Positions 36,830 to 47,018 of a stretch of DNA of 64,000 bases are shown here, one piece after another. Numbering within the stretch: the stretch's first letter is position 1; every line of letters starts with the position of its first letter. A program made the position numbers and the translations under genes. This stretch comes from Candidatus Aminicenantes bacterium (lineage in GTDB: Bacteria > Acidobacteriota > Aminicenantia > Aminicenantales > JAFGBC01): positions 2,336,001 to 2,400,000 of the forward strand of contig OY969696.1 in assembly GCA_963702005.1 (NCBI GenBank), in the 5' to 3' direction. The notes beneath the pieces were generated by a model. That model worked only from the letters and a program-made list of their open reading frames with translations. It had not been told where the DNA came from and did not search any database.

Positions 36830-39340
36830 ATGTGCCCCAAGACGTTAAAAGAAGTCCGTTCGTACCTTCGTATCCTGAGCTTGCTTTGGGTCCTTGCTCT
36901 TATTCTTTGCCTCGGCTTCGCCTCGGCGCAGGATAAGTATCAAAAACCGTCCGAGGAAATCCTGAACGTCCTTAACGCGCCGCTTCCGCCGACGCCCGTC
37001 TTCAGCCCGAAGCGCGACATGCTGGTGCTCGCCCAGCCGATAATCTATCCCTCCATTTCGGACCTTGCCGAGCCCATGCTTCGCCTGGCCGGTGTTCGAT
37101 TCAATCCCCGCAACAATGCCGACCGGAGTTATATTTTCTACTATACCGCGCTGACCCTGAAAAGAATCTCCGACGGCGTCGAGACTCCGATCGTCCTTCC
37201 CGCCGAAGTCCGCCGCATCGGCCGACCTCAATGGAACGCCGACGGAACCCTGTTCGCTTTCACCAACATAACTCCCGATAGTGTTGAGGTGTGGGTGACG
37301 GACGTCGCTTCTCAAAAGACGCGTCTATTGCCCGGGCTGAGGATCAACCCGCTTCTATACTCCTCGCTTCAGTGGATGCCGGACCAGCGGACGCTCCTGG
37401 TCAAGCTCATCCCGGACGACCGCGGCACGCCCCCTCCGCCGCCCTCCGTCCCGCCCGGTCCGAAGATCCAGGAAAGCCTGGGTGTGACGGCGGCTTCCAG
37501 CACCTATGAGGCCCGCGACGTCCTGAAGAGTCCCTACGACGAAGACCTCTTCGACTACTACACCCGGTCCCAACTCGCCTTGGTGCGTCTGCCCTCGGGC
37601 GAAGTGACCCGAATCGGCAAACCCGAGATCTTCGGAAGGGTGTCTCCCGCGCCGGGCGGCCGCTATTTGCTCGTGGAACGCTTCCACCGGCCGTACTCCT
37701 ACCTGTGCGCCTTTTACCGGTTCCCCACCGAGGTCGATATTTTAACGACGGCCGGCGAGCCCGTCGAAAAGCTGGCCAGTCTGCCCCTGTTCGAGCAGGT
37801 TCCGATCGAAGGCGTTCCCACCGGGCCGCGCAATTTTTATTGGCGTCCGACCGAACCGGCGACGGTCTATTGGACGGAGGCGCTGGACGGCGGAAATCCC
37901 AAGACCAAAGTTCCCCACCGCGACCGCGTGATGCTCAAGACGGTCGGGGCCCCCGCCGTCGAGCTCGTCCAAACCGAGGAGCGGCTCGATAATCTGCAGT
38001 GGATCGAGAAGGGCGGCCTGGCTCTCGTGTCCGATTTTGACCCCGACCGCCGCTGGACCCGGACCTTCGTGCTCAATGCCGACAAGCGCTCGATCCCGCC
38101 CCGCCCGCTGTGGAGCATGAGCGCCGACGAAAAATACAAGAATCCGGGCTATCCCGTTTACCGCGTGCTGCCGACGGGGGAGTATGCCGTCATGCAACAG
38201 GACGGTTGGATCTATCTTGACGGCGCCGGCGCATCGCCGGATGGGGACCGGCCGTTCATCGACCGTTTGGATATTCGCACGTTCAAGACCGAGCGGCTGT
38301 TTCGCTGCGATCGTTCGAGCTACGAATATTTCGTCGCCTGGGTGAATCCCGCCGCCGGAACGTTCATCACCCGGCGCGAGTCGCCCGTCGACCCTCCCAA
38401 CTTCTTCCTGCGGATATTGGGAAAAACGTTGAAGGGAGCCGCGGCGGGGGAGGCCATCCGGATGTCGACATCGCGGGCCATCACCAACTTCCCGAATCCC
38501 GCGCCTCAGATCGCGGGCATCCAGAAAAGTCTCGTGACCTATAAACGCGCCGACGGCATTCCTCTGTCGTTCATGCTCTACTTGCCGCCCGGGTATAAGA
38601 AGGGGACGCGCCTGCCGACCGTCCTGTGGGCCTACCCCCTCGACTACGCGGAACAGTCCGTGGCGGGCCAGATCGAGGGTTCATCCAAGCTCTTTACGAC
38701 GATCCGGGGCTCCTCGGAGCTCTTTTTCCTGCTCGCGGGGTACGCCGTCCTTGATGACGCGGCCATGCCCGTGGTGGGGCCGCCCGAGACCGTTTACGAC
38801 ACGTTCGTCGAGCAGATCACGGCCAACGCCAAGGCCGCCATCGATAAGGCGGTCGAACTGGGTGTCACCGATCCGGACCGCGTCGGTGTCGCCGGCCACA
38901 GCCACGGCGCGCTCATGACGGCCAATTTCCTGGCCTACACGGACCTCTTCCGGGCCGGGATCGCCCGCAGCGGAGCCTACAATCATACCCTGCGCCCCTT
39001 CGGTTTCCAGAATGAGCGCCGCACGCTGTACCAGGCGCGCGATACGTACATCAAGCTGTCTCCGGTCATCCAGGCCGATAAGATCAACGAACCGCTGCTC
39101 CTGATCCACGGCGAGCTCGACGCCAACCCGGGAACCGTGCCCCTGCAGTCCGAAAAACTCTATGAGGCCCTGCGCGGGGCCGGCAAGACCGTACGCCTGG
39201 TCATGCTGCCTTACGAGAGCCACGGATACCAGGCGAGAGAGTCGATCGAGCATGTGCTCTATGAGATGATCTCCTGGTTCGACCGGTTTGTGAAAAACGC
39301 GCCGTCCCGGGGCGGTCAGCCGGGCGCCGCGACTAAATAG
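36830..39340 (+). CDS. Exported S9-family serine peptidase (glutamyl/acylaminoacyl peptidase-like)
   Basis: AGGAGG SD, signal peptide, GHSHGA, ARSGAYN.TL.PFGFQNE, HGELDAN, ESHGY. Confidence 0.9.
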   Translation: MCPKTLKEVRSYLRILSLLWVLALILCLGFASAQDKYQKPSEEILNVLNAPLPPTPVFSPKRDMLVLAQPIIYPSISDLAEPMLRLAGVRFNPRNNADRSYIFYYTALTLKRISDGVETPIVLPAEVRRIGRPQWNADGTLFAFTNITPDSVEVWVTDVASQKTRLLPGLRINPLLYSSLQWMPDQRTLLVKLIPDDRGTPPPPPSVPPGPKIQESLGVTAASSTYEARDVLKSPYDEDLFDYYTRSQLALVRLPSGEVTRIGKPEIFGRVSPAPGGRYLLVERFHRPYSYLCAFYRFPTEVDILTTAGEPVEKLASLPLFEQVPIEGVPTGPRNFYWRPTEPATVYWTEALDGGNPKTKVPHRDRVMLKTVGAPAVELVQTEERLDNLQWIEKGGLALVSDFDPDRRWTRTFVLNADKRSIPPRPLWSMSADEKYKNPGYPVYRVLPTGEYAVMQQDGWIYLDGAGASPDGDRPFIDRLDIRTFKTERLFRCDRSSYEYFVAWVNPAAGTFITRRESPVDPPNFFLRILGKTLKGAAAGEAIRMSTSRAITNFPNPAPQIAGIQKSLVTYKRADGIPLSFMLYLPPGYKKGTRLPTVLWAYPLDYAEQSVAGQIEGSSKLFTTIRGSSELFFLLAGYAVLDDAAMPVVGPPETVYDTFVEQITANAKAAIDKAVELGVTDPDRVGVAGHSHGALMTANFLAYTDLFRAGIARSGAYNHTLRPFGFQNERRTLYQARDTYIKLSPVIQADKINEPLLLIHGELDANPGTVPLQSEKLYEALRGAGKTVRLVMLPYESHGYQARESIEHVLYEMISWFDRFVKNAPSRGGQPGAATK

Positions 39341-39415
39341 GGGAGCGAGCCGGGCAGTTTTTAGAGAAAGGGATTAAATTCGTTTGGACTGTCCGATCGG
39401 CGTTGGCATCGGCGC

Positions 39416-40786
39416 TCAGGCGGCCGGGGCTTTCCGGCGGTTTTTCCAGATGAGATAGACGGGGACGCCGATCGCGATCAGGGCCAGGCCGGCGAAGGAA
39501 TTCCAGAAGGTCCGGATCAGGGAATTGACTGTCAGGAAAACGGACGAGAGGATGAACAGGATCGCTGTCGCCGGATACCCCCACGTTTTATAGGGCCGCG
39601 GCAGGTCGGGGCGCTTCTTGCGAAGGATGATGACGCCGGCCACGGTCAAGCCCATGAAGATCCAGAATCCGAAGATGACGTAAGAATAGAGCTGCTCGAA
39701 GCTGCCGCTCAGGCTGAGCAGGGCCGCCCAGGACGCGAGCATCATGATGGAGATATAGGGCGTTAGATACCTGGGATGGACTTTGGCGACGCTTCTAAAG
39801 AACAAGCCGTCTTTGGCCATGGCGTAGAAAACCCGGGGCGTCGTCAGGATGTGGCCGTTGGCCGTGCCGGTCATGGACATCAGGATGATCAAGGCAACGA
39901 CCGAAGCCCCGACCGGGCCGAGGGCTTCTTCCATGACGTCGGCGGCGATCCGGCCGGACTCGGCCATCCGGGCGGCCGGGAACACGTAGAGGTAGGCGAG
40001 GTTGGCCAGGATATAGAGGAAGACGACCGACAGGCTGCCGATGAAGAGCCCGAGCGGAAGATTTTTTTTGGGATTTTTGATCTCGCCGGCGCTGTAGGTG
40101 CTCGTCTCCCATCCTTTATAAGCCCAGAGCGCGGCGACCATGGCCACGCCGAAGCTGCTCAGGATTCCGCCGGCCGGCGGCGCCGCCGGCCCCGATGAGA
40201 GGAAGTTCCCGGTCGAGCCTTTGGCGAACATGAAGACGACGGCGCAGACGCCGATGAGCCCGATGAACTTGATCCCGGTCAGGAAGTTCATCAGCAAGGC
40301 GCCTTTCTTGACGCCGAGGATGTTGACGAAGGCCAGGATCGCGATCAGGCCGACCGCGACGACCTTGGTCTGAAGACCCGACAGGTTGACGAAATAGGGA
40401 AGATATTTCGAGGAGAAGCCGACGGCCAGTGTGGCGACGGTGCCGGATTCGATGACCAGGAAGAGGGCCCATCCGAACAGGAAGGCGACGAGCGAACCGT
40501 AGGCCTCGCGGAGATAGACATAGATGCCGCCGGCCTGGGCATAGGACGCCGCCAGCTCGGAGATGGCCAGGGCGCCGAAGAAGCTCAGGATCCCCGCCGC
40601 GACCCAGACGGCCAGCATGAGCTCGGGCGTTCCGACGTCCTTGGCGACCTTGGCGGGATTGATGAAAATGCCGGATCCGATCATGGTCCCGACGACGATC
40701 CCGATAATGCTGAGCAGGCCGAGGACCCGGGGCAGTTCGGGCCCCGTCGAGGAGGGCGGTTGGAGATTGGCTTTTGCCGGGTTCAT
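39416..40786 (-). CDS. APC-family amino acid permease
   Basis: GTMIGSGIF, AGGIYVYL, WAYKGW, GEIKNP, RPYKTWGYP; about 12 TM helices. Confidence 0.92.
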   Translation of the reverse strand: MNPAKANLQPPSSTGPELPRVLGLLSIIGIVVGTMIGSGIFINPAKVAKDVGTPELMLAVWVAAGILSFFGALAISELAASYAQAGGIYVYLREAYGSLVAFLFGWALFLVIESGTVATLAVGFSSKYLPYFVNLSGLQTKVVAVGLIAILAFVNILGVKKGALLMNFLTGIKFIGLIGVCAVVFMFAKGSTGNFLSSGPAAPPAGGILSSFGVAMVAALWAYKGWETSTYSAGEIKNPKKNLPLGLFIGSLSVVFLYILANLAYLYVFPAARMAESGRIAADVMEEALGPVGASVVALIILMSMTGTANGHILTTPRVFYAMAKDGLFFRSVAKVHPRYLTPYISIMMLASWAALLSLSGSFEQLYSYVIFGFWIFMGLTVAGVIILRKKRPDLPRPYKTWGYPATAILFILSSVFLTVNSLIRTFWNSFAGLALIAIGVPVYLIWKNRRKAPAA

Positions 40787-40882
40787 GGAACCTTTATAAT
40801 TCGGAAAGGCCGGCCGAGGCAACCGGTTTCTTGCGGCTTGAGGCCGCGGGCGGATTCATCTATTTCGCGACTCGGAAAGAAC

Positions 40883-42226
40883 CTAAGTAACGAGGGATCG
40901 GACGACTCGGAAGGAAGGGTCGCCCGCGCCCGGGATCTCGGAGACGGCGTCGACCGAGAGGCCGACGGCCGGCCCCAGGATCGCGGCCAGCGCGGCGGCG
41001 GCCTTTTCCTTCAAAGCCTCTCTGCCGACGTCCGTCGCCGCCCCTCTTCCGGGAACGATGAGAATCCTGACCTTGTCGCGCGCATCCTGGATGACTTGAA
41101 AAGCCGCGATACCGTCGATGGCTTCCAGCGCGAGCGTCAGGCTGTAGGGATGAACGGTCCTTCCGTCCGGCAGCCGGAACGTCTCGGGCCTCCGTCCCTT
41201 GATGCGGGCAAGGCGCGGCCAGTGATTTCCGCAGGGGCACGGTTCCGGCGCGAAGGCGGCTCGATCCCCCAAGCCCGCATAGCGGATGATCGGCGTCGAA
41301 CGGTTCCAGAGATCTGTGACGACGACGTCGCCCTCGGACCCGGGCGGGGCCGGCCGTCCGTCGCGGAGGATTTCGAGAATGACCTCGTTGGCCTGGACAT
41401 GGAGGCCTTTATGCGATCCGCATTCGATGGCGATCGAGACGGCCTCGACGCTGGCATAGATATTGAAGATCTCCCCGGCGAAGACCTCGCCGGCGGTCTT
41501 GCGCATTTCGGACGTCAGGGGCTCGGCCGAGACCGCCCAGGCCGCCGGCTGATAAGGCGGCGAACCTCCGCTCCGCTTGAGGACTTCCTCGGTAAGGAGC
41601 ATGAGAACGCTGGGGTAGCTGAAGACGATATCGGGCCTGGTTCGGTTTAGAGCGGCCAGGATCTCCGCCGGATTCGTCCGGGCGTCGATGAAGCTCCAGA
41701 TCCCGGGAAGGAGTCTGAGGAATCCGGGACTGGATTCCGTAATGGCCAGTTCGATCGATTCGTGGTCGACCGCGAAGACGGCCAGGATTCGGGGGAAGCG
41801 CGGCCTGTTCCAGCGCAGCTTGAGCGCCATGGGCAGCGCGATTTTCAGGAGCGCGTGGCGGGCAAGGAGGGCGCGGTCCTTGAAGACCGTGAGGGGGACG
41901 CCCGTCGATCCCGATGTCTTGACGGGGCGGAACCGGCGGGACGACAGGGAGGCGTCCAGGATATCGCCCGGAGCGCTTTGGGCGAGCTCGCGCTTGGTCA
42001 GGAGGGGAAGCCGGCTCAGGTCGTCGAGGGAACGAATCTCCTCCGGGCGGAGGCCGGCCTCGTCGTATTTTCGCCGATAGAGGTGGACGTTTGTATAGGC
42101 GGTTCTGACCAAGTTTCTGAGCATCCGGCCTTGCCATTCCCGGATGAAACCTTCGTCGGTCTTTCTTCTCGTCCCGAGGATGGCGGCGATTTGACGTCCC
42201 CACCTCGCATAGTCGCGCGGCGTCAT
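40883..42226 (-). CDS. Phenylacetate--CoA ligase family (PaaK/CapK-like) protein
   Basis: LPLLTK, KTSGSTGVP, YASVE, PIIRY..GD, CPCG..GR. Confidence 0.8.
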   Translation of the reverse strand: MTPRDYARWGRQIAAILGTRRKTDEGFIREWQGRMLRNLVRTAYTNVHLYRRKYDEAGLRPEEIRSLDDLSRLPLLTKRELAQSAPGDILDASLSSRRFRPVKTSGSTGVPLTVFKDRALLARHALLKIALPMALKLRWNRPRFPRILAVFAVDHESIELAITESSPGFLRLLPGIWSFIDARTNPAEILAALNRTRPDIVFSYPSVLMLLTEEVLKRSGGSPPYQPAAWAVSAEPLTSEMRKTAGEVFAGEIFNIYASVEAVSIAIECGSHKGLHVQANEVILEILRDGRPAPPGSEGDVVVTDLWNRSTPIIRYAGLGDRAAFAPEPCPCGNHWPRLARIKGRRPETFRLPDGRTVHPYSLTLALEAIDGIAAFQVIQDARDKVRILIVPGRGAATDVGREALKEKAAAALAAILGPAVGLSVDAVSEIPGAGDPSFRVVRSLVT

Positions 42227-43431
42227 GCGTTTTTCCCATCGACGGTGGGGCGCAGGACATTTTTTTTAAAGTGGGATTGGAAGGCCGGTCTGAAGAGCCG
42301 CCGGACGAGGACGGATGCCCATCCGGTGGACAGCCCGCCCGGAATGAATCGTCTTGGGAATCGTTCGGCATTCCGCTTGACGAGGAGGAACCGTTCGGCG
42401 GCCAGCTGGCGGGCGCAGTCCTCGAGCGGCATCCGTTCCCGGGCCGCCCTCTCCAGAAGGGAGCGGACGATCGCGCCGTAGCGGCTTCGGATGAAGGAGT
42501 CCGCGAATCGGGCGTCGCCGATGACGGCGTCCAGGGCCGTGCCGACGACTCCTCCGCAGTTGGCGACGAAGTCGGGAACAGCCAGGATCTTTTTTTCGGC
42601 CAGGATACGCCCGGCCTCCTCCGTCCAGGCCAGGTTGGCGCCGGGCACGATCAGCCGGGCGGCGATCCGGCCGGCATTGGCGCCGTTGATCGAGAAGGGC
42701 CTGGCGCAGGGCGCGAGGATATCAACCTCGAGTTCGAGGAGCTCCTCGCGCTCGATCCGGACGGCCTTCCCGAGCTCCTGGATCAGGCCCGAGCCCGCCT
42801 TTTCGGACGCGGCATGGAGCTCGGAGAAGTCGAATCCCCGTTCACGATAAATGGCGCCTCGCTTCGTCGAAAGGGCGACAATCTTGACCCCCAGCGAAGC
42901 CAGGACAGCCGCGGCGGCGCTCCCGACCGCTCCGAAGCCTTCAATGGCGGCGGTCAGGCCGTCCACCCCGAAACCGAGAAACCGGGCAGCCTCGGCCGCT
43001 GCCAAGCCGACCGTAAGTCCCGTCCAGGCACCCGAGTCGATAGGACCGAATAGCCGCTTTCGTCCGGCCGCCCGCAGCAGGCTCTCGATATCCCGGCCGG
43101 TCGTCCCCATATCGGTCCAGGGAAGATAGCGGATGTCGCCCGCAAGTGACCTCAAGCCTCGTCCGAAGGCTTCCAGGGATTGTCTTTTAGCTTCGGCGGG
43201 CATCTCGGGGTCCGCGATGATCCCGGCCTTGGCGCCGCCCAGCGGCAGGCCGACGAATCCGTACTTCAGCGTCATAAGGCGCGCCAATCCCGCCACTTCA
43301 TCGGCCGTAACGTCCGGGTCCATCCGAACGCCGCCGCAGCAGGTTCCGTTGACGGTCGAATCGACCGCGATGAAGCCGAGAAGGCGGGACCTCTCGTCCC
43401 GGATTTCATGGAGGCTGGGGTCTTGGATCAC
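42223..43431 (-). CDS. Glu/Leu/Phe/Val dehydrogenase family protein
   Basis: GGVRM, MTLK, GGAKAG, DMGT, EGFGAVG, PDFVANCGGV. Confidence 0.88.
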   Translation of the reverse strand: MIQDPSLHEIRDERSRLLGFIAVDSTVNGTCCGGVRMDPDVTADEVAGLARLMTLKYGFVGLPLGGAKAGIIADPEMPAEAKRQSLEAFGRGLRSLAGDIRYLPWTDMGTTGRDIESLLRAAGRKRLFGPIDSGAWTGLTVGLAAAEAARFLGFGVDGLTAAIEGFGAVGSAAAAVLASLGVKIVALSTKRGAIYRERGFDFSELHAASEKAGSGLIQELGKAVRIEREELLELEVDILAPCARPFSINGANAGRIAARLIVPGANLAWTEEAGRILAEKKILAVPDFVANCGGVVGTALDAVIGDARFADSFIRSRYGAIVRSLLERAARERMPLEDCARQLAAERFLLVKRNAERFPRRFIPGGLSTGWASVLVRRLFRPAFQSHFKKNVLRPTVDGKNA

Positions 43432-43621
43432 GGCGGACTTTCCCTACGGGCCTCATGCTATCTCAGAAGATCAAGATCGTCAATTCGGCGAAGCGGCATC
43501 GGCTGAATCCGCTCGAGGAAGTCGGACGGTTGAGGAGGTCGGGAGCGGAACGCACGATCACGAACGGCTTTTAAGAAAGGCGGCATTGTGACATAATTAT
43601 ACTCATAGATGGAGGCATGCC

Positions 43622-43993
43622 ATGAGACTCGGGGGAGCCCTGGTCGGATTGCTGGTGGTCGTGGTCATCATTTATGCCCTGTTGTTCATGAAAACTGGCC
43701 AGAAGAGCCATATCGAGGCGGCGGAGGACGCGCTCTCCAAGGCCGGGATCGTCACGACGCAGGCGAACCTGTCCCAACTCGAAAAAGTCGTCGAGTCCTT
43801 CGTCGCCGGCGAGGGCCGCTCTCCGGAGGGCTGGCAGGAAATGAGGTCTCTCCGCTATATCATGACCGGGACGATCGACGGCTGGGGGCGGACCGTCCGC
43901 TACGAAAAAACCTCAGAGACGGGCTTCCGGCTCGTCTCGGCCGGGCCGGACGGCCGCTTCGATACGGCCGACGACATCACCGTCGAGGATTGA
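43622..43993 (+). CDS. Type II secretion GspG-like / pilin-like small protein
   Basis: N-terminal TM helix; DGWGRTVRY...LVSAGPDGRFDTADDI. Confidence 0.7.
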   Translation: MRLGGALVGLLVVVVIIYALLFMKTGQKSHIEAAEDALSKAGIVTTQANLSQLEKVVESFVAGEGRSPEGWQEMRSLRYIMTGTIDGWGRTVRYEKTSETGFRLVSAGPDGRFDTADDITVED

Positions 43994-44008
43994 CATGGGG
44001 CGGGAATT

Positions 44009-44037
44009 TTGACTTTGCCCGGGGACTATGGTATAAA
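44009..44037 (+). promoter_or_regulatory. Sigma70 promoter with extended -10
   Basis: TTGACT-17 bp-TATAAA preceded by TGG. Confidence 0.6.
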
Positions 44038-44110
44038 AATTAAGATTTCCCATGAACGCCCTAACCTTACTGTCTGAGGAAGGGCAATCCATCTCACTCA
44101 AGGAGGAGGG

Positions 44111-45088
44111 ATGAGAAAAGCGCTCGCAATCATCATCCTGGTGCTGGTGGCCTTCGTCGGGGTTTCTTCGGCTAAGGCAACCGTCCTTAAGGTCAAGGTT
44201 CAGACGGCCAACGTCCGGTCGGAGCCGGATACGTCGGCCTCCGTCGTCGCCCAACTCAAGGTCGGAACCCTGATCGAAGCCAGGTCCAAGGTCGACTCCT
44301 GGTATGAGATCTCCGTCACGGGCAAGAACGGCGAGGAGATCGTCGGCTACATCCACGCCAGCGTCGTCGAAATCGTCGGCGGCGAAACCCCCGCGCCCCA
44401 GGAACCCCGGCCGGCTCGAACGGAACCGGCTCGCGAGGTTTCCAAACCCGCGCCGAGCTACGCCCGGGCCGCCGCCCCGTCCGGCGCCAAGAAGTTCAAG
44501 ATCATGGCCGGGTTGGCCATGGCCAACCAAAGGCTGGACAGCGACAGCCAAAAAGCTATCGATGATAGCGGCCTGACCAAGGGCAATTTGATGGGGATCG
44601 GAGCCGGCGTCGGCTACGAATTCAGCCTGTCCCAGAATCTGTTCCTCGAGTTGGACGGCTTTTTCGTCCCGGGCGGCGTGAAAGTCTCCGGCAAGTACTT
44701 AGGCACGGACATTGTGGCGAAGACGCACGGCAGTGCCGTCGGCGCCGGCCTGCTCGGCAAGTTCAAGTTCATGCCGGAGGGCTCCACGCCCTATGCCATG
44801 GTCGGCGCGGATGTCGGCTACGTCCTGTCCATGAAGGCGAAGACGGACAGCGGCTCGGAAAAAGGAACGGACGAGGACATTCTCAAGAACATCAACCGGA
44901 TGTACTACGGCATCGACCTGGGGATCGGGTACGAGCTCGAGTTGAGCGGCATGACCTTCGTCATCGAGGGCCGCTATCTGATGGGGCTCAGCAATATGCT
45001 CAAGAAGCCCGCCGAGGTCGCGGACAAGGATTGGAAGAGCTACGCCAAGCCCACGACCATGGGCTTCATGGTCGGCATCAAGCTCTAA
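44111..45088 (+). CDS. SH3b domain plus outer membrane beta-barrel protein
   Basis: Signal peptide, ANVRSEP..WYEI..GYIH (SH3b), Pro-rich linker, beta-barrel ending GFMVGIKL. Confidence 0.8.
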   Translation: MRKALAIIILVLVAFVGVSSAKATVLKVKVQTANVRSEPDTSASVVAQLKVGTLIEARSKVDSWYEISVTGKNGEEIVGYIHASVVEIVGGETPAPQEPRPARTEPAREVSKPAPSYARAAAPSGAKKFKIMAGLAMANQRLDSDSQKAIDDSGLTKGNLMGIGAGVGYEFSLSQNLFLELDGFFVPGGVKVSGKYLGTDIVAKTHGSAVGAGLLGKFKFMPEGSTPYAMVGADVGYVLSMKAKTDSGSEKGTDEDILKNINRMYYGIDLGIGYELELSGMTFVIEGRYLMGLSNMLKKPAEVADKDWKSYAKPTTMGFMVGIKL

Positions 45089-45116
45089 GAACCGGCTAGA
45101 GATCCAACGCACGTTC

Positions 45117-45150
45117 AGGGGTGAGGGCCGAAAGGCTTTCACCCCTTTTC
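45117..45150 (+). terminator. Rho-independent terminator
   Basis: aggggtgagggcc-gaaa-ggctttcacccct followed by a T-tract, between convergent genes. Confidence 0.8.
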
Positions 45151-45205
45151 TATTTTAAAGACCAAGGACGGCCGCCGGACCTCGGCGACCGTCCGGAGCG
45201 CCCGC

Positions 45206-46354
45206 TCAGGGGAGGTGGTCGGCAAGCTCGGGGTCGAACCTGGGGCCGACCTCGCGGCGGAACCGTTCGAGCTTGCCGCGCAGCCCGTCGCGGCCGAGCT
45301 TTCTCATCCGGGCAACCGGACCTTCGGTCATGCCCAGGGCGTCCTGAACTCCGAAATCGAGGTCGTCGGCTTCGGCCCTTCCCAAGGAAAGGATGAATAG
45401 CGTGGCTGCCATGATGACGAGGTTCAGACGCTCGAGGCAATCCTTCCCCCTAGACGGCCCCGGCGAATGACGCTGTCCGGGATCGACGTAATAGTCGAGG
45501 GGGCTTTGGCCGGGCGACTCCCCGCTATAGAGAAAGACGCCCCGGCCCGCGTCCCGTCCGGTTCGGCCGTCGGCCAAGAGCTTGGGGACGAGCGCGGGCA
45601 GCGGGATGTTTGGGGGCCTGATCTCCGAGGTCCGGTCGAAAACGTCGCGGAAGAAAGCGATACCGACCGTGTCCAGGGCTTCGCAGGGACCGACCCGGAA
45701 TTCGCGCTCGGCCAGCCGGTCGATGTCTCCGGGTAGGGCCAGGCCCTGCTCCAGGATGTAGAGGGCCTCGCAGGAATAGCAGCCGATGATGGGGTTGAGG
45801 ACGGATCCGGGGCAGTCCTTGACGATGAGGGGGCGGCGTCCGAGACGGGCGCTGACGTCGGCGGCGATCTCGAGCGCCCGGGACGAAAGGCCGTCCCAGC
45901 GGATGATCTCGATCGTCGAGGTCAAAAGGACCGGGTTGATGAAATGAAACCCGCAAAATCGTTCGCCCCTGGCCAGGGCTCCGGCCAGGCGGGCCAGGGA
46001 AAATGAGGATGTGTTGGAGGCGATGACCGCGTCCGGAGCGACCAGGGATTCCACGGTCCCGAGGACCCCCGCTTTGAGGTCGAAATCCTCGGGGAGGCAT
46101 TCGATGATGAACCCGCAATCCGTCAGGACGGCCGGGTCCGTCGAGAACAGGATTTTTCGGTTCCGCGCCTCGTCCCGGCCGGGGACCGCTATCCCCTGGC
46201 GAACACGCCTCTCGAGCCGCCTCGCATACCGGTCCTGGCAGCGGGCGGCTTGTTGCGGGGTCCGGACGACGACGGCGAGATCGAATCCCGCCGCGTCGAA
46301 AAGGTTGAAGGCGCTTTGTCCCATCTTGCCGTAGCCGATGATCCCTACCTTCAT
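45206..46354 (-). CDS. 3-hydroxyacyl-CoA dehydrogenase family protein
   Basis: GIIGYGKMG, IIECLPED..LK, ASNTSS, GFHFINP; duplicated C-terminal domain. Confidence 0.88.
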   Translation of the reverse strand: MKVGIIGYGKMGQSAFNLFDAAGFDLAVVVRTPQQAARCQDRYARRLERRVRQGIAVPGRDEARNRKILFSTDPAVLTDCGFIIECLPEDFDLKAGVLGTVESLVAPDAVIASNTSSFSLARLAGALARGERFCGFHFINPVLLTSTIEIIRWDGLSSRALEIAADVSARLGRRPLIVKDCPGSVLNPIIGCYSCEALYILEQGLALPGDIDRLAEREFRVGPCEALDTVGIAFFRDVFDRTSEIRPPNIPLPALVPKLLADGRTGRDAGRGVFLYSGESPGQSPLDYYVDPGQRHSPGPSRGKDCLERLNLVIMAATLFILSLGRAEADDLDFGVQDALGMTEGPVARMRKLGRDGLRGKLERFRREVGPRFDPELADHLP

Positions 46355-46400
46355 CGGGGCCTCCTCCCCGACGGCGGCGCCTGCGCTGCCGACCCTGCCG

Positions 46401-47018
46401 TCAGCCGCCATACGCCCCGGAGATCTTGTCCAAGGATTTCCGGCCCGTCCGGACCTCGGGCTCGCCCGGCTCCGGATAGCCGACGGCCAGAAGAGCGGCA
46501 ATCGTGCCCCTGACCCCGAATTCTTGACTGAAGCGGCGGGCGAGGCTCTCGCCGGCCATGATCCAGACCATGCCCAGCCCCAGGGCTTGGGCCATGAGCC
46601 ACATGTTTTCGACGGCGCAGGCGACCGCGTCCTGCTCGGCGCGGACGTAGTTTTTGTAGTAGAGGCGTCCGATCAATCCCTGGATTTTCTTGAGGCGGCC
46701 CGAGAGGTGGCCCATGTTCCAGACGGCGATGACATGCGGGGCTTCCTTCAGGATCCGGGCCGCGTCGGCGGCGATCGCCCGGAAGCCGGGGATTTGAATG
46801 CTCCGGACGCGCGAGGCGATGATCCGTCCGGCTTTCTCCGTGTCCGCGCCCGAGATGACCAGGAAATACCAAGGCTGAGAGTTGGTGGGGGAGGGGGCGA
46901 GCCGACCCGCGTCCAGGACTTCGCGGAGGAGCCCGGCCGGAACCGGCTCGGGCTTGAAACGGCGGATGCTCCGTCGTTCCGCGAGAATACTCTTAAGCGC
47001 GGCGGCCCTCGGGTTCAC
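46401..47018 (-). CDS. Nitroreductase family flavoprotein
   Basis: RRSIRRFK, APSPTNSQPW, ENMWLMAQALGLG, AVGYP; GTG start overlaps the fabF stop. Confidence 0.88.
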   Translation of the reverse strand: MNPRAAALKSILAERRSIRRFKPEPVPAGLLREVLDAGRLAPSPTNSQPWYFLVISGADTEKAGRIIASRVRSIQIPGFRAIAADAARILKEAPHVIAVWNMGHLSGRLKKIQGLIGRLYYKNYVRAEQDAVACAVENMWLMAQALGLGMVWIMAGESLARRFSQEFGVRGTIAALLAVGYPEPGEPEVRTGRKSLDKISGAYGG

